This document shows positions 37,426 to 51,300 of a stretch of DNA of 64,000 nt, one piece after another. Numbering within the stretch: position 1 is the stretch's first letter; each line of letters begins with the position of its first letter. The stretch covers positions 2,604,001-2,668,000 of the forward strand of contig NC_042998.1 of NCBI RefSeq assembly GCF_006345805.1, read 5' to 3'. Under the pieces are notes generated by a model. The model ran no database searches and had not been told where the DNA came from. It saw nothing but the letters and a program-made list of their open reading frames with translations. Made by a program: the position numbers and the translations under genes. Source of the DNA: Octopus sinensis. Taxonomy: Eukaryota.

Positions 37426-40400
37426 TAAACTACGAAGATATATATACATGTATGAGTATATTTGTAAATTATATGCTTTGAAATTACAAACTAGTATTAT
37501 ATAGATACATTACACATAACACTGTATCTGCAATGTTTTGTAGAATTCAGTTGTAGCTACGTTAATTCTGTCTTCTCTAAGGAAAAGACCAAAATTCTCA
37601 TGTGTGTGTGTGCGTATCCACGCGTGTGCGCGCACTAGATTGAAGAGGAAAAGTACTTCTGAAGTGACCTTATCACATTCGTACTTCTGTTTAGCGGCTC
37701 CTGCTGATAACATTGCTGCCTTGTGTTTGCCTCACCATTACTGAATGTAAACAAGTTTGTCTGTTGCTACAAACTCTTCTCTTTGTCATCTTGACTAATT
37801 CTCAGATAGGTTTTGTTTATCCCAACACCTCCAACATAATACAGGTTAGTAGTAGCTGAGCCAACAAGGATCCTCTTTGTGGTCACTTAACATGCTAGAA
37901 AAAAACAGTAGAATCTTCCTCAAATCATATTTCATTGTCTCAGAAAAGAAGACATAGAATAATAGAGGTCCTGAGTTTTCATTGTCATGACTGAAATATC
38001 TGTGATCAAAAGTCAGCTCAATCAGACTTGGAGTCAAACAACAACTGGTAAGCAACCACCCAGAGATAGCTACCATGCGGATCTTGCTTTGCAATAAATC
38101 AGGCATGGGCAACCTTTTTGAAGATGTGGACCAAATGGAACATCTTTTGTCATCAGCCAGGCCACACTACTAAAAGAATTGGCAGTAATTTTTTGCTAGG
38201 CATGCCATTCAGAAAGTCCTACAGGCATCAGTTTCACCATGACTGTTATAAATCACATCCTACCAACTCAGGAGAAAGAAAAACTCAAAGTATGGCCTAG
38301 ATTTCCCCAAAAAGTCAGGGTGCTAACAGGTCGAATACTTTCAAGCAGAGCAGAGGCCAAACAACAACAACCAGCAGCAGCAGCCAGTTTATTTTGTTCA
38401 AATAATTTCATAATATAAAATCAATTAGAATTCAAAAGGTTCCTCTCTGCATGTATAAAAGATTGGACTGCAACCATGCTTCGTCACAACCTTGAAGGGT
38501 TTAGTTGAACAAATCAAGCCCAGTACTTATTTCTCGAAAGTCTGGTACCTATTTGTTTTATCAGTCTCTATTGCTGAACTACTAATTACAATACAAGGTG
38601 GTATACAAATCAACACCAGTTACGAAGCATTGGTGAGGAAGAAATATAATACAAAGACACATAGATATATACATGTGTGTGCATACACACACACACACAC
38701 ACACAAAATGGGCTCTTCTCAGTTTCCATCTACCAAATCCACTCGCAAGGCTTTGGTTGGCCTGGGGCTATAATAGAAGACACTTGCATAAGTTGCCATG
38801 CAATGGAATTGAACCCAGAACCACAGGACTGAGAAGCAAATTCCATAACCACACATCCACACCTGTATATCTAATTTTTAGAAATATATGTCTTTTTAAT
38901 AGAGAAACCATCTTTAACATTAAAGAATGTATCATTGATTGCCGTCAACGTAAAGGGAATATGACTAAGACACAGGAATATTTAGTTTCTCACACAAACA
39001 CACACAAATTCTAAAACTAAAAAAAAAAAAGAAGAAAACGGTTTAAGAATCAGTAATGAGATTTTTGTTAAGTACATAAAACATTGATTTACTGTTATTA
39101 TAGTTCCGTAACTAAGCAACAGCTGAGAAAATAAATTAGCAAAAAGTAAGAACACTGATCTGAAACCATTTCTTGTCAGAGAACAGCAACAAAAATTAAT
39201 TTCTTCAGCAAGAAAAAAAAACAATATCTAGCTTATATCAAGGTAAGATTGTCCCACTGGTCATTCACATCCTCTACAACATTAGTACCTGCTGTCGCTT
39301 GAAAGTAATATGTACGTATAAGAAGACCAACTGGAGCCATTGACACAAACTTGAGTAAATAATCAAAGGAAATAAAATGATTTTACATGTCAACCTTACA
39401 AGATAGTGTGAAACAAGAACAAATAGATAATGAGAATTGAAAAGCTGAATGAAGTGTAGGGTAAACTAAAGTTGCTAAATACAAGGAAAAACTTTGAAGA
39501 TACTTAAGACACTTTGAACAAACACTGCATACAGCCATGTGCCTTATCTAGCTTTTTAGTGATTTCTCTCACTGATGTCTTCTTCAGGTAAGAGAATAAC
39601 ATTTATAAGGGTATTTTACCAGTTATTTAGAGCTGTAGACATTAACTCTTAGCAGGGTAATTAAGTAAAGTCAAAAGATGTTAAGTCAGGTAATTATTTT
39701 TATGGATGACAATTTGGAATCTGTAGATTCTAATCATGCTTTGTCTAATGAGAATATTATGGCCAATCACAAGTCAAGTCATAAAAAGGAAAATGGACTG
39801 AGTTATTTCCCACATATCTTCCATTTTCGTTTTGAATACCGCCAGAACTTAGAGAAACTCTGAAGAACCAAAGCTAAATCTTGTTTCACATTTACCACAG
39901 ACATATTTGAATTGCTAAAATCATTGACAACTCTTGTTTTATTACTACCAGAATCAGTAACAAGGTTACATACTGAGGTTACAGGCATAGCCGGTGGTTA
40001 AGAAATTCACTCTGATACCATGTCACTTGGGGTTCAATCCCAATGAGCAGAACTCTAAGGATGGGACCTTTCACTGAAGCTTTATGAGTGAAATTTGTTG
40101 GAAGGAAACTGTGTAGAAGCTCATCACTAAGTCCATTCTTAATTTTGGGTGGCAGATTTAATTGATCATCCAATTTAACACATTCACCCGGTGCTTGGAG
40201 GTCTTTAGCCAAGTCCAATCTATTGCAAGCTATTGAGCCAAGTCTCCAGTCTAAAGATAGCAACCTTTCTTTCTCCCTCATCACCAGCAGTGAAGGATCT
40301 GGAAAAGGGTCTTGGGTACTGACTTTCTTAACTAAGCAATAAACAAAAATCCCAAAACCTACTACAGAAAAAAAAAAAAGAATCAACAAGTTTTGAATTA

Positions 40401-41361
40401 CAGACTTCAGAATGTTTTTACTCTCAGAGGATTTAATAATGCTGACATAAAACTGTAGCAGGTAGAAATCATAATGAAGTTGCAAATTTGATTCACTAAA
40501 AGCTTCTTTTTTTTTTTTTTTTTTAATACATAATTTATCATTTTACTAATGTTTATTAAGTCTGCAACATTGTAGCAGAAAGATAAACAAGTTGAAACAG
40601 TTTTACAACAACAACAAAAACTTAACTATGAAGCTTATGGATAAAAAAATAGAAGGCAGCGAGCTGGCAGAACCATTAGCACACCGGACGAAATCCCTAG
40701 CGGTATTTCGTTTGCCGTTACATCCTGAGTTCACATTCTGCCGAGGTCGACTTTGTCTTTCCTACTTTCGGGGTCGATAAATTAAGTGCCAGTTATGCAC
40801 TGGGGTCGATGCAATCGGCTTAATCCCTTTGTCTGTCCTTGTTTCTCCCCTCTGTGTGTAGCCCCTTCTGGGCAATAAAGAAATAGGATAATGAAATAGA
40901 ACTGCACTAATCACTTGCATTACCAATTCCTTTCCAATGACACATGATACATGAGGGGCTTAAATCCACCTCATATGTCATTGGACTCAAAATGCAAACC
41001 CATGCTATAATATATGTCAAACTTTTTTGATTTACTAACACTATCAATAACAATGATGATTTAGTACGTAAATAAATTAGTGACTAAACTAAGCAACATT
41101 AACATATTTCAAAGTATTTTTGTTCTCGGCATGAATAAAACAATAGCCATTAATAATTTAAGCATGAAAAGAAACACCATATGTTTGGTTAAATAAGATC
41201 GACATTTACTATAAACACACACACACACACACACACACACTGTGGAGTGTATCTTTCTGCTGCACTGCATAATCTATTTCTCATTATTTCAATTTATCTC
41301 CTTTTTTAGATCTCAGTGACATAAACTAGGTTCGATGTGTGTGTGTGTGCATGTATGTATG

Positions 41362-41674
41362 TTTATTTTATTTATGCACCCTTTTTCAAGCCTAGCCAGG
41401 CTCATGGGCCTGGTTTCTGTGGCATACATGTTTCCCCCACCCAGCTGGATGGGATGCCAGTCCATCGCAGCGTTATTCAAGAAACAGGAAGAGAGAGTGA
41501 GAGGAAGTTGGGGTGACAGAGTACAACAGGGGGTCACCACCACCCCCTGCCAGAGCCTCGTGGAGCCTTAGGTGTTTTCGCTCAATAAACACGCACAGCG
41601 CCCGATCTGGGAATCGAAACCGCGATCCTCCAACCACGAGTTCGCTGCCCTATCCACTGGGCCATTGTGCCTCC
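41362..41674 (-). mobile_element. Intact-looking tRNA-derived SINE (GGAGGCACAATGGCCCAGTGG head, GGTTTCGATTCCC B box)
   Basis: Pol III boxes, gcgatggactggcatcccatccag central motif, A-rich tail. Confidence 0.8.
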
Positions 41675-42537
41675 ACATTGAATGTAAATGTATGTATATA
41701 TGTATGTGTGTATGTAAATTCTCAACTAGAACAAATATTCTTCATTTCAAAGATTCGTAGAAAGCAGGGACTAAATGACCTGCAACAAAGAGGTCCTGTT
41801 TTTTTCCTCTAAAAGTACAATAGGAAACGACCCTATCAAACATATTCTGCTAAAATGTAAAAAAAAACCATCACAACAGTTGTATTACAACTTGTTCTGT
41901 ACTACTTTCGTAAAAACCTAAAGCTGTGAAAGCGTTAATTTACCATTTCAATAAATAAGGAATGAATATGAACGGAAATAATCCAAAAAGCAGAAATACA
42001 AATTGAAATGACATGTTACAAAAAAGTCCAACTGAAAACCAACAACAGAATTGCGATTACAACATATAAAACATTCTCAATAACAACCAAACAATAACAT
42101 TTATGAAAACATCCTCTCCCATCCGACACTTTGCAGAGCAGCATGTGTAGCAGCCGGCTTTCTCTTTTTTTTTTTCTTCCTAATGAGAAATGTTGTAATA
42201 GTAACAAGAGACAACGGCTGCATTTGTTAGTGAAAGACGCCTACAAAAGGTAACCATCTCCCACTACCAACAAAACTGATCAATACAATCATTATTATTG
42301 GCAAAACCAAGAGATAGAAAGCAGGGTCTAAATGACCTACAAGCAAAGGACAAAACTGAGCTCATAAAAACAAAATAGTAATAATAATACTCAAGCTACC
42401 TATTCCTGCCTGACAACATATCTTAAACCACTCCTACAGTCTATCATCCATTTTATTACAAACTTGATCGTGTGTGTGTGTGTGTGTGTGTATGTGTATA
42501 TATATTTATATATATGTATATATACACACACACACAC

Positions 42538-42576
<39 letters not shown>

Positions 42577-45338
42577 ACCCAGTACAGCAGAGATCATTCA
42601 ACAGAACCTGTTATATTCTTCACTGCTATGGTATTATGAGAGGTAACAAATGGTTAATCGTGTGTGTGTATGTATGTATGTATGTATGTATATATATATA
42701 TATACATATATAAATTAAATTATATATATATTGCTCAAGGATGGACAAATACAATAGTTTAATAAACAAGCCGTTTGAAAGATGTTAATTAACTGAAAGA
42801 TTTCAGTACAGATGATAAAAAAACAATATCATTTACAATTTAGTTGCTATGAAGTCTAAAGGTAAACGAGTTCAAATTAAAGTGATCAAGAGAAAACTAG
42901 CAAAACTGCTGATAATAGATACAACTGTATAAACCCCTAGACAATATGACTTTTTAAACCTTTAGTATTCACATTTCTTTGTGAAATATAATGCTTATTT
43001 ATTCCCGTTCTTTTGAATTAATCCTGCATTGTCTTGTAGCTTTAAGATTTGGATAATGTGATTGCACATTTTCAGAATGATATTGTAGGGAAGGTCTGAG
43101 ATATTGGATTTGGTCAGTTTAAATAATAAAGGGTTAAAATATATGAAAAGTAAATGCAGGTACAACCTAATTTTCTCTATTTATTTATCGTTATCTGATC
43201 AACTTCAGTGTTTGAAATCAAACTGTACTTCATATCACTTTAGAAGAAGTTGTTTACCATCTTTAAGCAACATGGGAAAGCTATCATAAAACAACCATTT
43301 TAGGAAAGTGAAACTAAACATGAACACTAACAAAAGAATAAAAAAAAACCTTTTGTAGTTTGGGAATCATTTACATAACTCACAAAACAATCAAGCAAAC
43401 TAGTTTGAATTTACTGAGTCAAAACCAACCAGGTAGGAAGCAATATTCAACATATATTTTGGAATAAAACTTAACTAAGTCATACTGTTAAGTGTCTAGT
43501 CAAGTATGAGTAATATAAGTTTTATGTATCCTGAAGAGAAACATGCAACCTCCAACTGAAGAGGTGGAACTGAAGTGCTATAAAAAGACAACAGTCCATC
43601 TCTCAACTACTTAATGTAAGAAGAGCATTGCAGTTTGCTCATAGCATTGTGATACAGAAGTGAAACAAGAAATAATGAAGGGGAGTTTCTAACAATGCAG
43701 AAAGGAAAGTTGAGTAACATCTTTAGATTTCAAGCTGAAAAACTATCCACTATCAGAAGCAGGGCCTTTGTGCCTGGAATATACAAAAAGTTTACTCAAT
43801 TTTACCTTTTAGTGTATATCCACCTAATATCAAGAATCTCAAGATGACCCTCCAAGTTCCTAACTTTAACAGCCCTTATAACTTTTTACAGACAGATTTA
43901 AAAAGCTAACACTGGATCAAGAACGAATTGTTTTTACAAATGAATATCCTTTGTACTGCTACACCATACAAAAGTCAAATTGAAAGTGAAACTTTCTTTC
44001 AACAAAGAATGTTGAAGAATTAATAGGTTTTGCTCATTTTACAAACATAACAGTAATTTCTTTTTTTTTTTTCAAATTGTAAATATATTTCAATTGTTAA
44101 ATATCATAATATTTTCAGCTTAATAAACTGAGTTAAACAAAAACTACAGATAAATTTGAGCTTGGCAACCCCAAAGCCATACCCAGAAAATTTTAATTGT
44201 TTAACTGTCTTCTTTAGAACTTAGGTTTAGTTTCAGTATACTCATGCTATATTTCCTGAAATTTTATTTTTTTTTAAATCTACTTGACTAAATTCAACTT
44301 AAAAGTACTAGTGTCATATTTTCATATGATTCTTTCTTCCTGTTTGTTCCTTCTTTATATCGAAAGCCCAAATATGATTTACAATTATTTGAGACGTTTG
44401 ACTAGAATGCTTGGTCTCCATTTCAGCATAAATAAGACAACTTGAAACTGCATTTCTTATTGTAACATTTTCATAAAAATAATACAAATGAAATGATTAA
44501 ACACAACACTAACCGAGAAAGCATATTGCATCACCAGAATTTCAGGTCATCACACTCTCAACGCTCCAATTCATAAGAGAACTGTTATCAAACTGACTTT
44601 TTAAAAACTCCTTAAAAAAAAAACCCTAATGTCCTGTTAGTGCTAACACTAACTACATAATTTACATGCTAGTTCTTTTTAATCCTTTAACATCTAAAAC
44701 AGCCATATCTGGCCCAAATATTCTCTGTTTTATGTTCAAACTGGCCAGATCCAGGTTCCCACACCTACCCTACAATATCATTCCAAAAATATACAAGTAC
44801 ATTATTGAAATATTAAATCTAAAAGATAATGCAGGATTAATTCAAAACAAAGTGAATAAATAAGTATTAAATTTGACAGAGTAATCTGAATGCTAAAAGA
44901 TTAAATATGCAACAGATTTGAAGCAGAGAAAACACTAGCATGTACCGAATCCTCTAGGGTCCTACACGGGCAAGTTGTGAGAATTCTTGTGGGATAAAAG
45001 GCAATGTCAATCTTAGAAAGCTGAGAATGCAAAACTTTGATGTAGCAAAGATACAGCCTGATATCCAATGCAATCGTCTATCCTTTCCACTAGACTTTGT
45101 CATTGTCATAACAGAACGAGTGGACGACAGAAACGGTAATAGGCCACCACCTGCAGCTTTTTACATTCCGAAATAAAAAATTTTTCAAGGTTGACTTTGC
45201 TTTTCATTTTCAGAAGGTCAATAGAATACATATTGATTAAGTAAGTAGGATTGATTAAATAATGTATGGCTTTCTGCCAATATTAGAAACTGTTATACAA
45301 ACAACAGCAAAAACAGAATCAGTGGTTTGCATACTTAC

Positions 45339-45367
45339 TCTGGCCATGTCTGTGAGAGATTTCCCTC
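45339..45367 (-). CDS. RhoGEF exon 4, 29-nt microexon (phase 0-2): EGNLSQTWP(D)
   Basis: ttttcttcttcag acceptor, AGA|gtaagt donor; needed to bridge phase 0 to phase 2; resembles the ENMSNTW linker motif I recall from AKAP13. Confidence 0.78.
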
Positions 45368-46799
45368 CTGAAGAAGAAAAACAACAGAAGAAACAATAAA
45401 TAAACAATATTAATTCAGTTTACAGCAGGGCATCACTTATTTAACATTATATTCAAAACCTTAATTATTTGAGTCACATTCGAATTACAAGTCAAAATCT
45501 CTACCTAAACATGATCAAAATGTTACAAAAAATGTAAAATAAATTTGCAAGCAAGGGAGTTAAGCTTATTAAACTCTCGACCAATTTTTTGGAAAATAAT
45601 GACAATGCTGTTAGGAGGAGATCTAGTCTTTAGTCAACTGGAGAAAGCAATGGGTATTTCAGTCTTATTAGATCTCATCAATAAAACGTTTCTACTTCAG
45701 TTAGGCATAGAACCACACACACACACACACACACATACACACAATGAAATGGGCCAAAAGAAAATATCCCATGAAGCATTCTACAAGACATGTAGTAGTA
45801 CTAGTAGTAATGATGGTGATGGTGGTGGTGGTGGTAGGGTGCTGCCACCATCTTTGCAAAAAGTCCAGTGTTCAACCATTCTTCAGGTAATCTTTCTTCC
45901 AAGTCACTTGATGAAAAATCACATCAGTCAATGTCAGACACTGAGGCATGCATGGAAGGAATAGATATTTTCATGCAGGTTATCAACTCCAAAACCTTAT
46001 CCATCATTAACTTATCAATCAAATCATTGAATAAGTTACCATTCAAAGAGTGATTGACAGCTATTTTACAAAGAAAGTTGTGATTTTAATAAAAAAAGTG
46101 TCTAAAAAAACAAAAATCACAAAAACTTAGCAACCAGTGGGTTGATGTTAATAACAAATGTTACTGAATGTAAATATATGAGAGGAAAAGATGTCTCCTA
46201 CTGTGACCCTGGGCCAACTAGGACCTTGTGGGTGGATTAACTGAGGAAAGCTCATTGCATGTGAGTGCACCCTTGCCTAGACATCAAGTGATGGTTACAA
46301 GTGAGCATCAGTGTCATACAAGTGAGACACTGTTCATTTCCAATTATGTCTGGCCAAGGGGAAGATATTATCTTGTTTGGAAACAAGTGATGGTTGGTGA
46401 CTGGAAGGGCATCTGGCTGTAAAAACTCTGATTCAACAAATTCCATCTGACTCATGCAAGCATGGTCAAGTGGGTGTTTGATGATGAGGATGATGATCTA
46501 AGTTCAAATTCTACTGATATTTCGTTTGTCTTTCATTCCACTGTGGTCATTAAATGAGTACCACTGACGTACTTTTGATTTAATTTTACTACACACCCAC
46601 CTCTAAAATGTGTCTTTGTGCCTGAGTTAGCAACCGTTGTCGTCACAGACAGGAAGCTTTGATAATTTGTATATTGAATCCAAACGTGTAGTATAATGGT
46701 TGCAGTTGAGACTTGCAAATAATATGGATATAGTTCCTTCATAATCAAGTAACATAATACAAGAATATGACCCAAAAGCTCAAGTTCACAAGCTGCTTT

Positions 46800-47200
46800 C
46801 AATTCTTAATACTCTTGAATACATTCCAGACCAGTGTCTGCAATCAAGTTGTCGATGGAAGTGTGATGACATTTTCCTCTTCTTACATCACCATGAAATG
46901 GATTCCACAAGACTAATTTGGATGCTTCCAGTTCAGGGTGGTACACGCAGCAACCAGATAGTCACAGCCATCTTTGCCTGATCATCTCACTAACTTTTAT
47001 GGCAGGTCTCCATAAAGGCATTCATTTGTCGTGTGTTGTTACCATTTACACATGTAGAGCCATTCATAGCATCCTTGTGTAGCCTGTTTAATAATTCCAA
47101 TGCAGTGATGATGGACTGACAAATGTGGCAGGTGGACTTTGTTGCCTCAGCCATGATGATGATCTTGAAAAGGGGTATGAATGTCTCACAATCTAAATCT
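46800..47200 (-). mobile_element. Degraded RTE/RTEX-like LINE C-terminal fragment
   Basis: Frameshifted LYGDLP/KVSEMIRQRWL*LSGCCVYHPELEASKLVLWNP/HG..RRG...IDNLIADTGL. Confidence 0.75.
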
Positions 47201-50200
47201 TCTTCTTCTTAAAAATTTGTAGCTCTCAGTTTCTAAAAATATATTGCATTACGTATCATTGAACAAAATAAGTATATCAAATGGTGCTGGTGCCATGTAA
47301 AAAGCACTCAGTCCACTTTATGAAGTGGTTGGTATTAAGAAAGGCATCGTTACCAGCATCGCCTTACTGGCTCCTGTGCCGGTGGCATGTGTAAAAAGAT
47401 TCGAGCAAGGTCGTTGCCAGTACGCCTGACTGGCCCCCTTGCCAGTGGCACATAAAAGCACCCACTACACTCTCGGAGTGGTTGGCATTAGGAAGGGCAT
47501 CCAGCTGTAGAAGCTCTGCCAGATCAAGATAGGAGCTTGGTGCAGCCATCTGGTTCGCCAGCCCTCAGTCAAAATCGTCCAACCCATGCTAGCATGGAAA
47601 GCGGACGTTAAACGATGATGATGATGATGATGATGCAGTTGTAAAAGAAAAACCTGCGAAAACAGACAATGAAGCCTGATGCAGTCTTCTGCCTAACCAG
47701 CTCTTGTCAAACCCTCCAACCCATGCCAGCATGGAAAACAGATGTCAAATGATGACGATGATAAAACTCTTGAAAGTTTTTCAAATTTTCCATGACACAG
47801 TCTCGTGGAAACAGTAGCAAAATCTCTCTGAAACCACACCCTACTTGAAAAAGGAAAAAAGCCAAAAAAAAAACAGAAGAGACGGCATAATAGGTTCACC
47901 AACCAGGATGGTCACAGTTGAAATATCTTTGATTTATGTCTATTCAATCATGGCTCACTTGTGACTAAATGACAGCAACTGGAAGGATATCATGTCTCAT
48001 TTGAACTCAACTGCTGTTACATCTACTTTGCCATATTACAATGGGGGACTAGCTTTACAAATCTGAATATCTGCAGGAGAGGGTTGTTTTACCCCAAATC
48101 AACTGCTCAAACAGACTGTGACCATCTTGTATTTCTCTAACTCTTTTTGGAGGTGGAGTTACCCAGCTACATTGTATCTGGAGTCACGTTATGGTGTTAT
48201 TTTTTTCAAACAGTTAAAATATGGTCTGAAGATGATCTGGTGCTTATTTCTACAATGTCAAACAACAAGGTAAACGCTCCCTTTGTTGTCACTTTCTTCA
48301 TAAATTATTAGAGCAGGTGTTAACTTTCCTTTCAATACTAAGATGAAAGTTGAGCTTATTTTGGGTGGGATAAAGACAAAACAGTTAACAAGTGTTTTAT
48401 ATTATATAAAGTACAATCATTGAACAATACGACAAAATAGGAATTTTTTAAAAATCCAAAACATTTTCACCATCATTTACAGAGAAAGATGAAAGCAAAA
48501 TAAAGACAAACTATCAGATTAAACTTCATAAAACCTTACCAAATTGGTCAAAAATTTGTGTTATATCACAGAGCAGAATGACCAAGAGCAGAATGACCAA
48601 ATCATTTCAGTACATGTACGATCATAGAAATTATTTTTTTTTTATTCTTTTACTTGTTTCAGTCATTTGACCGCAGCCATGCTGGAGCACCGCCTTTAGT
48701 CAAGCAAATCAACCCCAGGATTTATTCTTTGTAAGCCTAGTACTTATTCCATCGGTCTCCCTCAGCCGAACCGCTAAGTTACAGGGACATAAACACAACA
48801 GCATCGGTTGTCAAGCGACGCTGGGGGTACAAACACAGACACACAAACATATACACACACATACATATATATACATATATACGACAGGCTTCTTCCAGTT
48901 TCCGTCTACCAAATCCACTCACAAGGTTTGGTCAGCCCGAGTAACTTATAAGTTTTGTGTAATACTGGAGTTATAACACCAAGTCATATGATTGGTAACA
49001 AGACAACCAGGTTTTAGTGTAACCGACCAGGCAGTGGGGCTTCTCCCACAGGTAATACAGAAATACTAAAACCAAGTATTCTTAGATGTCTTTCAAAATT
49101 CAAGGGAAAACATTCAGGGGTTAAATAAATTAATCAGCCAAGCCAAATATGAACTATAAATCCAGTTTATTTACCTATGGGGTCCAGAAAACAAGCAATC
49201 AAGAGTTGTTTAAGGAGAAGAATGTGAAGTAGTAGAGTGATAAATAGTGTTTTATGTCAATGACTAAATATCAGTACCCCTGTGGTGGTCAAAAGAATGA
49301 GTAGTATAAAGGGTAAGATAGGTAGGTATAGCGCAACAAATTAATAAATAAAAGAAATATAGGTCAGATGAGCAGCTACTAGTGTTTCTTTCCTGACCTT
49401 CTTGGGTATTTATTTCTTAGATGTTCTTCTTCACCCTGACCTCTTCTCATCTTAATTCTGACCTAAAAACTGACTGGAGAAATGTATCAGAATACTAAAT
49501 AATTTTAGGAGAGTCGATAAGTAGAACGTTTTCAGAGAAGAAGCCCTGTTCTTGGAAGTGTTTCAGCCCTAACTCCTTTTCTGAAATTACAAAGAGTTTC
49601 AACTTCACATTTCACGCATTTGCAATCAATCTATCATACCACCATCACTACAGAAAATGACATTGTGTGGAAGAAAGGAATCAATATAAATTAGCATTCA
49701 TAATCTAGGAAGAAAGCAAAAAAAGCCAAAAGAAAAAAACCTGATTTCATATTAAGGCTTTGACAGAGAAATAGCAACAAGCAGAATCAAAAACCAAGTC
49801 ATGGATAGACTGCTCATCAAGAACTCACTCTCACAGACAATACAGAATCCTATTATAATTTACAACTGTGGTACAAGATTACAAATGAGCAGGGAAGATA
49901 TGTAGTGTAGCAAATTGCACTCACTACCAGTATATAACAGGTACTTGTAATAACAAAGCAAGAGAGATGAGAGGCAAAGTCAACTCAGAACATAAAGAGA
50001 TATGATACTGCATTGTATTTCAGTTCCACTACTTCCGTTATCCCACCACCGCTGTCGTACTAAAAAGTTGGTAAGTTAGCTAACTAACTTTGTTTATAAT
50101 ACCTTGCCATAATAATAAGTTCTTACATAAATAGAATAATAAGGGAAATGAGATTGTATTGAGTCTATTCTAAAAAAAGCATTAGTCACATAACTGAACA

Positions 50201-50599
50201 AAATTAAATCATAACTAAAAATAGTAACTAGGCCACAAACTCAACTTGTTTAGAGCATATTCTGACTCTGGCACATGCCACATCTGCCACAATAATCTTA
50301 GTAGCTGCACAGACACGGCTACATAAGCATTCCATCCCTACGGCAACCACCTAGATACCGATACCTGCTCTACACAAATAGACTAAGAGAAGCACCTAGC
50401 AAATCCACCTTCTCTCTCTCTCTCTCTCTCTCTAACAGCAATATCAAAAACAAAATATAACTAGCATACTCAGCAACATAGACATACCACAGGCATAGAA
50501 GACGAAATATTAGGAATTACCTGCAGTATTCACACACACACACAAGAAGGTAAAACAATACATACACACATGAAGTAAGACAAGATAAAACACACACAC

Positions 50600-51300
50600 G
50601 CACATACACACTCTCTCCAGAAGCATCCACAAGCATCCAGAAGCATCCACAGGCAGATCACATTTAGCAAAGAACAACATAACATATATTACGTCAGACT
50701 TGGTTGGGCCTCTGGGCCTCCACAAGTTACAATAAACTACAAAGAATATAGAAATACAACACTTCCCATTATCATGGGCTGCACACAGACTGCACATGAT
50801 GAAAGAGAACCACTGAAGATGAAAGAAAAGTAATCCATGTTGAAAGACCACCTTGATATGCAAGAAAGCTTTAATCCACATAATCCCAGCCTCTACAAAA
50901 GCACCAGGTGCATCCAACTCCACAAAGCCGATAGTACTACTAATTCTATGCAATCCAGATTAAGAAGGAATAAAGCACAAACATTGCAGCAGTATCAGGG
51001 ACCCCCATAAGGGCCAAACAATGGACTTAGATGCACACAATCAAAAATATAGATGAAATAACAACTTATGGTATTCAAACCAAATCTATATGGCCAGCCA
51101 CTGCTATGACCACCAACAGAACTAACAAGTATACACAACAACCTACATTTTTTTTTTTTTTTCAGATGATAGGATATGATCTGAGGAAGATTTGGCTACT
51201 AAATCCAGCAGGCCAAGCAATCACATTAGATTCCTTTATGAGATCGAAAGGTTTCATTGTAGAACAGAAGACAAACAAGAAGTAAAACACAGAACACTTG
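50600..51300 (+). mobile_element. Possible Penelope-like element remnant (GIY-YIG C-terminal traces) with a downstream hammerhead-like motif
   Basis: Decayed YI..., KVIHVE...RKL/ES...HNPSL...IQL similar to PLE endonuclease ends; CTGAGGA...GAAA motif at 51181-51249. Confidence 0.4.

Noticed and set aside
39289-39330. 42-nt AG..GT bounded candidate cassette exon
   Set aside because: Weak pyrimidine tract, all three frames open, no family similarity; needs RNA-seq
39803-39988. 61-aa minus-strand ORF as an alternative first exon
   Set aside because: The ATG lies in a SINE head, and the candidate donors give phase 0 or 1, not the required phase 2
45844-46053. Coding-looking segment open on the plus strand
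   Set aside because: No recognisable motif or splice context; the minus frame has a stop; possibly an old TE
50024-50070. Plus-strand exon-like segments (also 39560-39587) suggesting a nested antisense gene
   Set aside because: Isolated, no coherent phase chain or protein similarity; expected by chance in 64 kb
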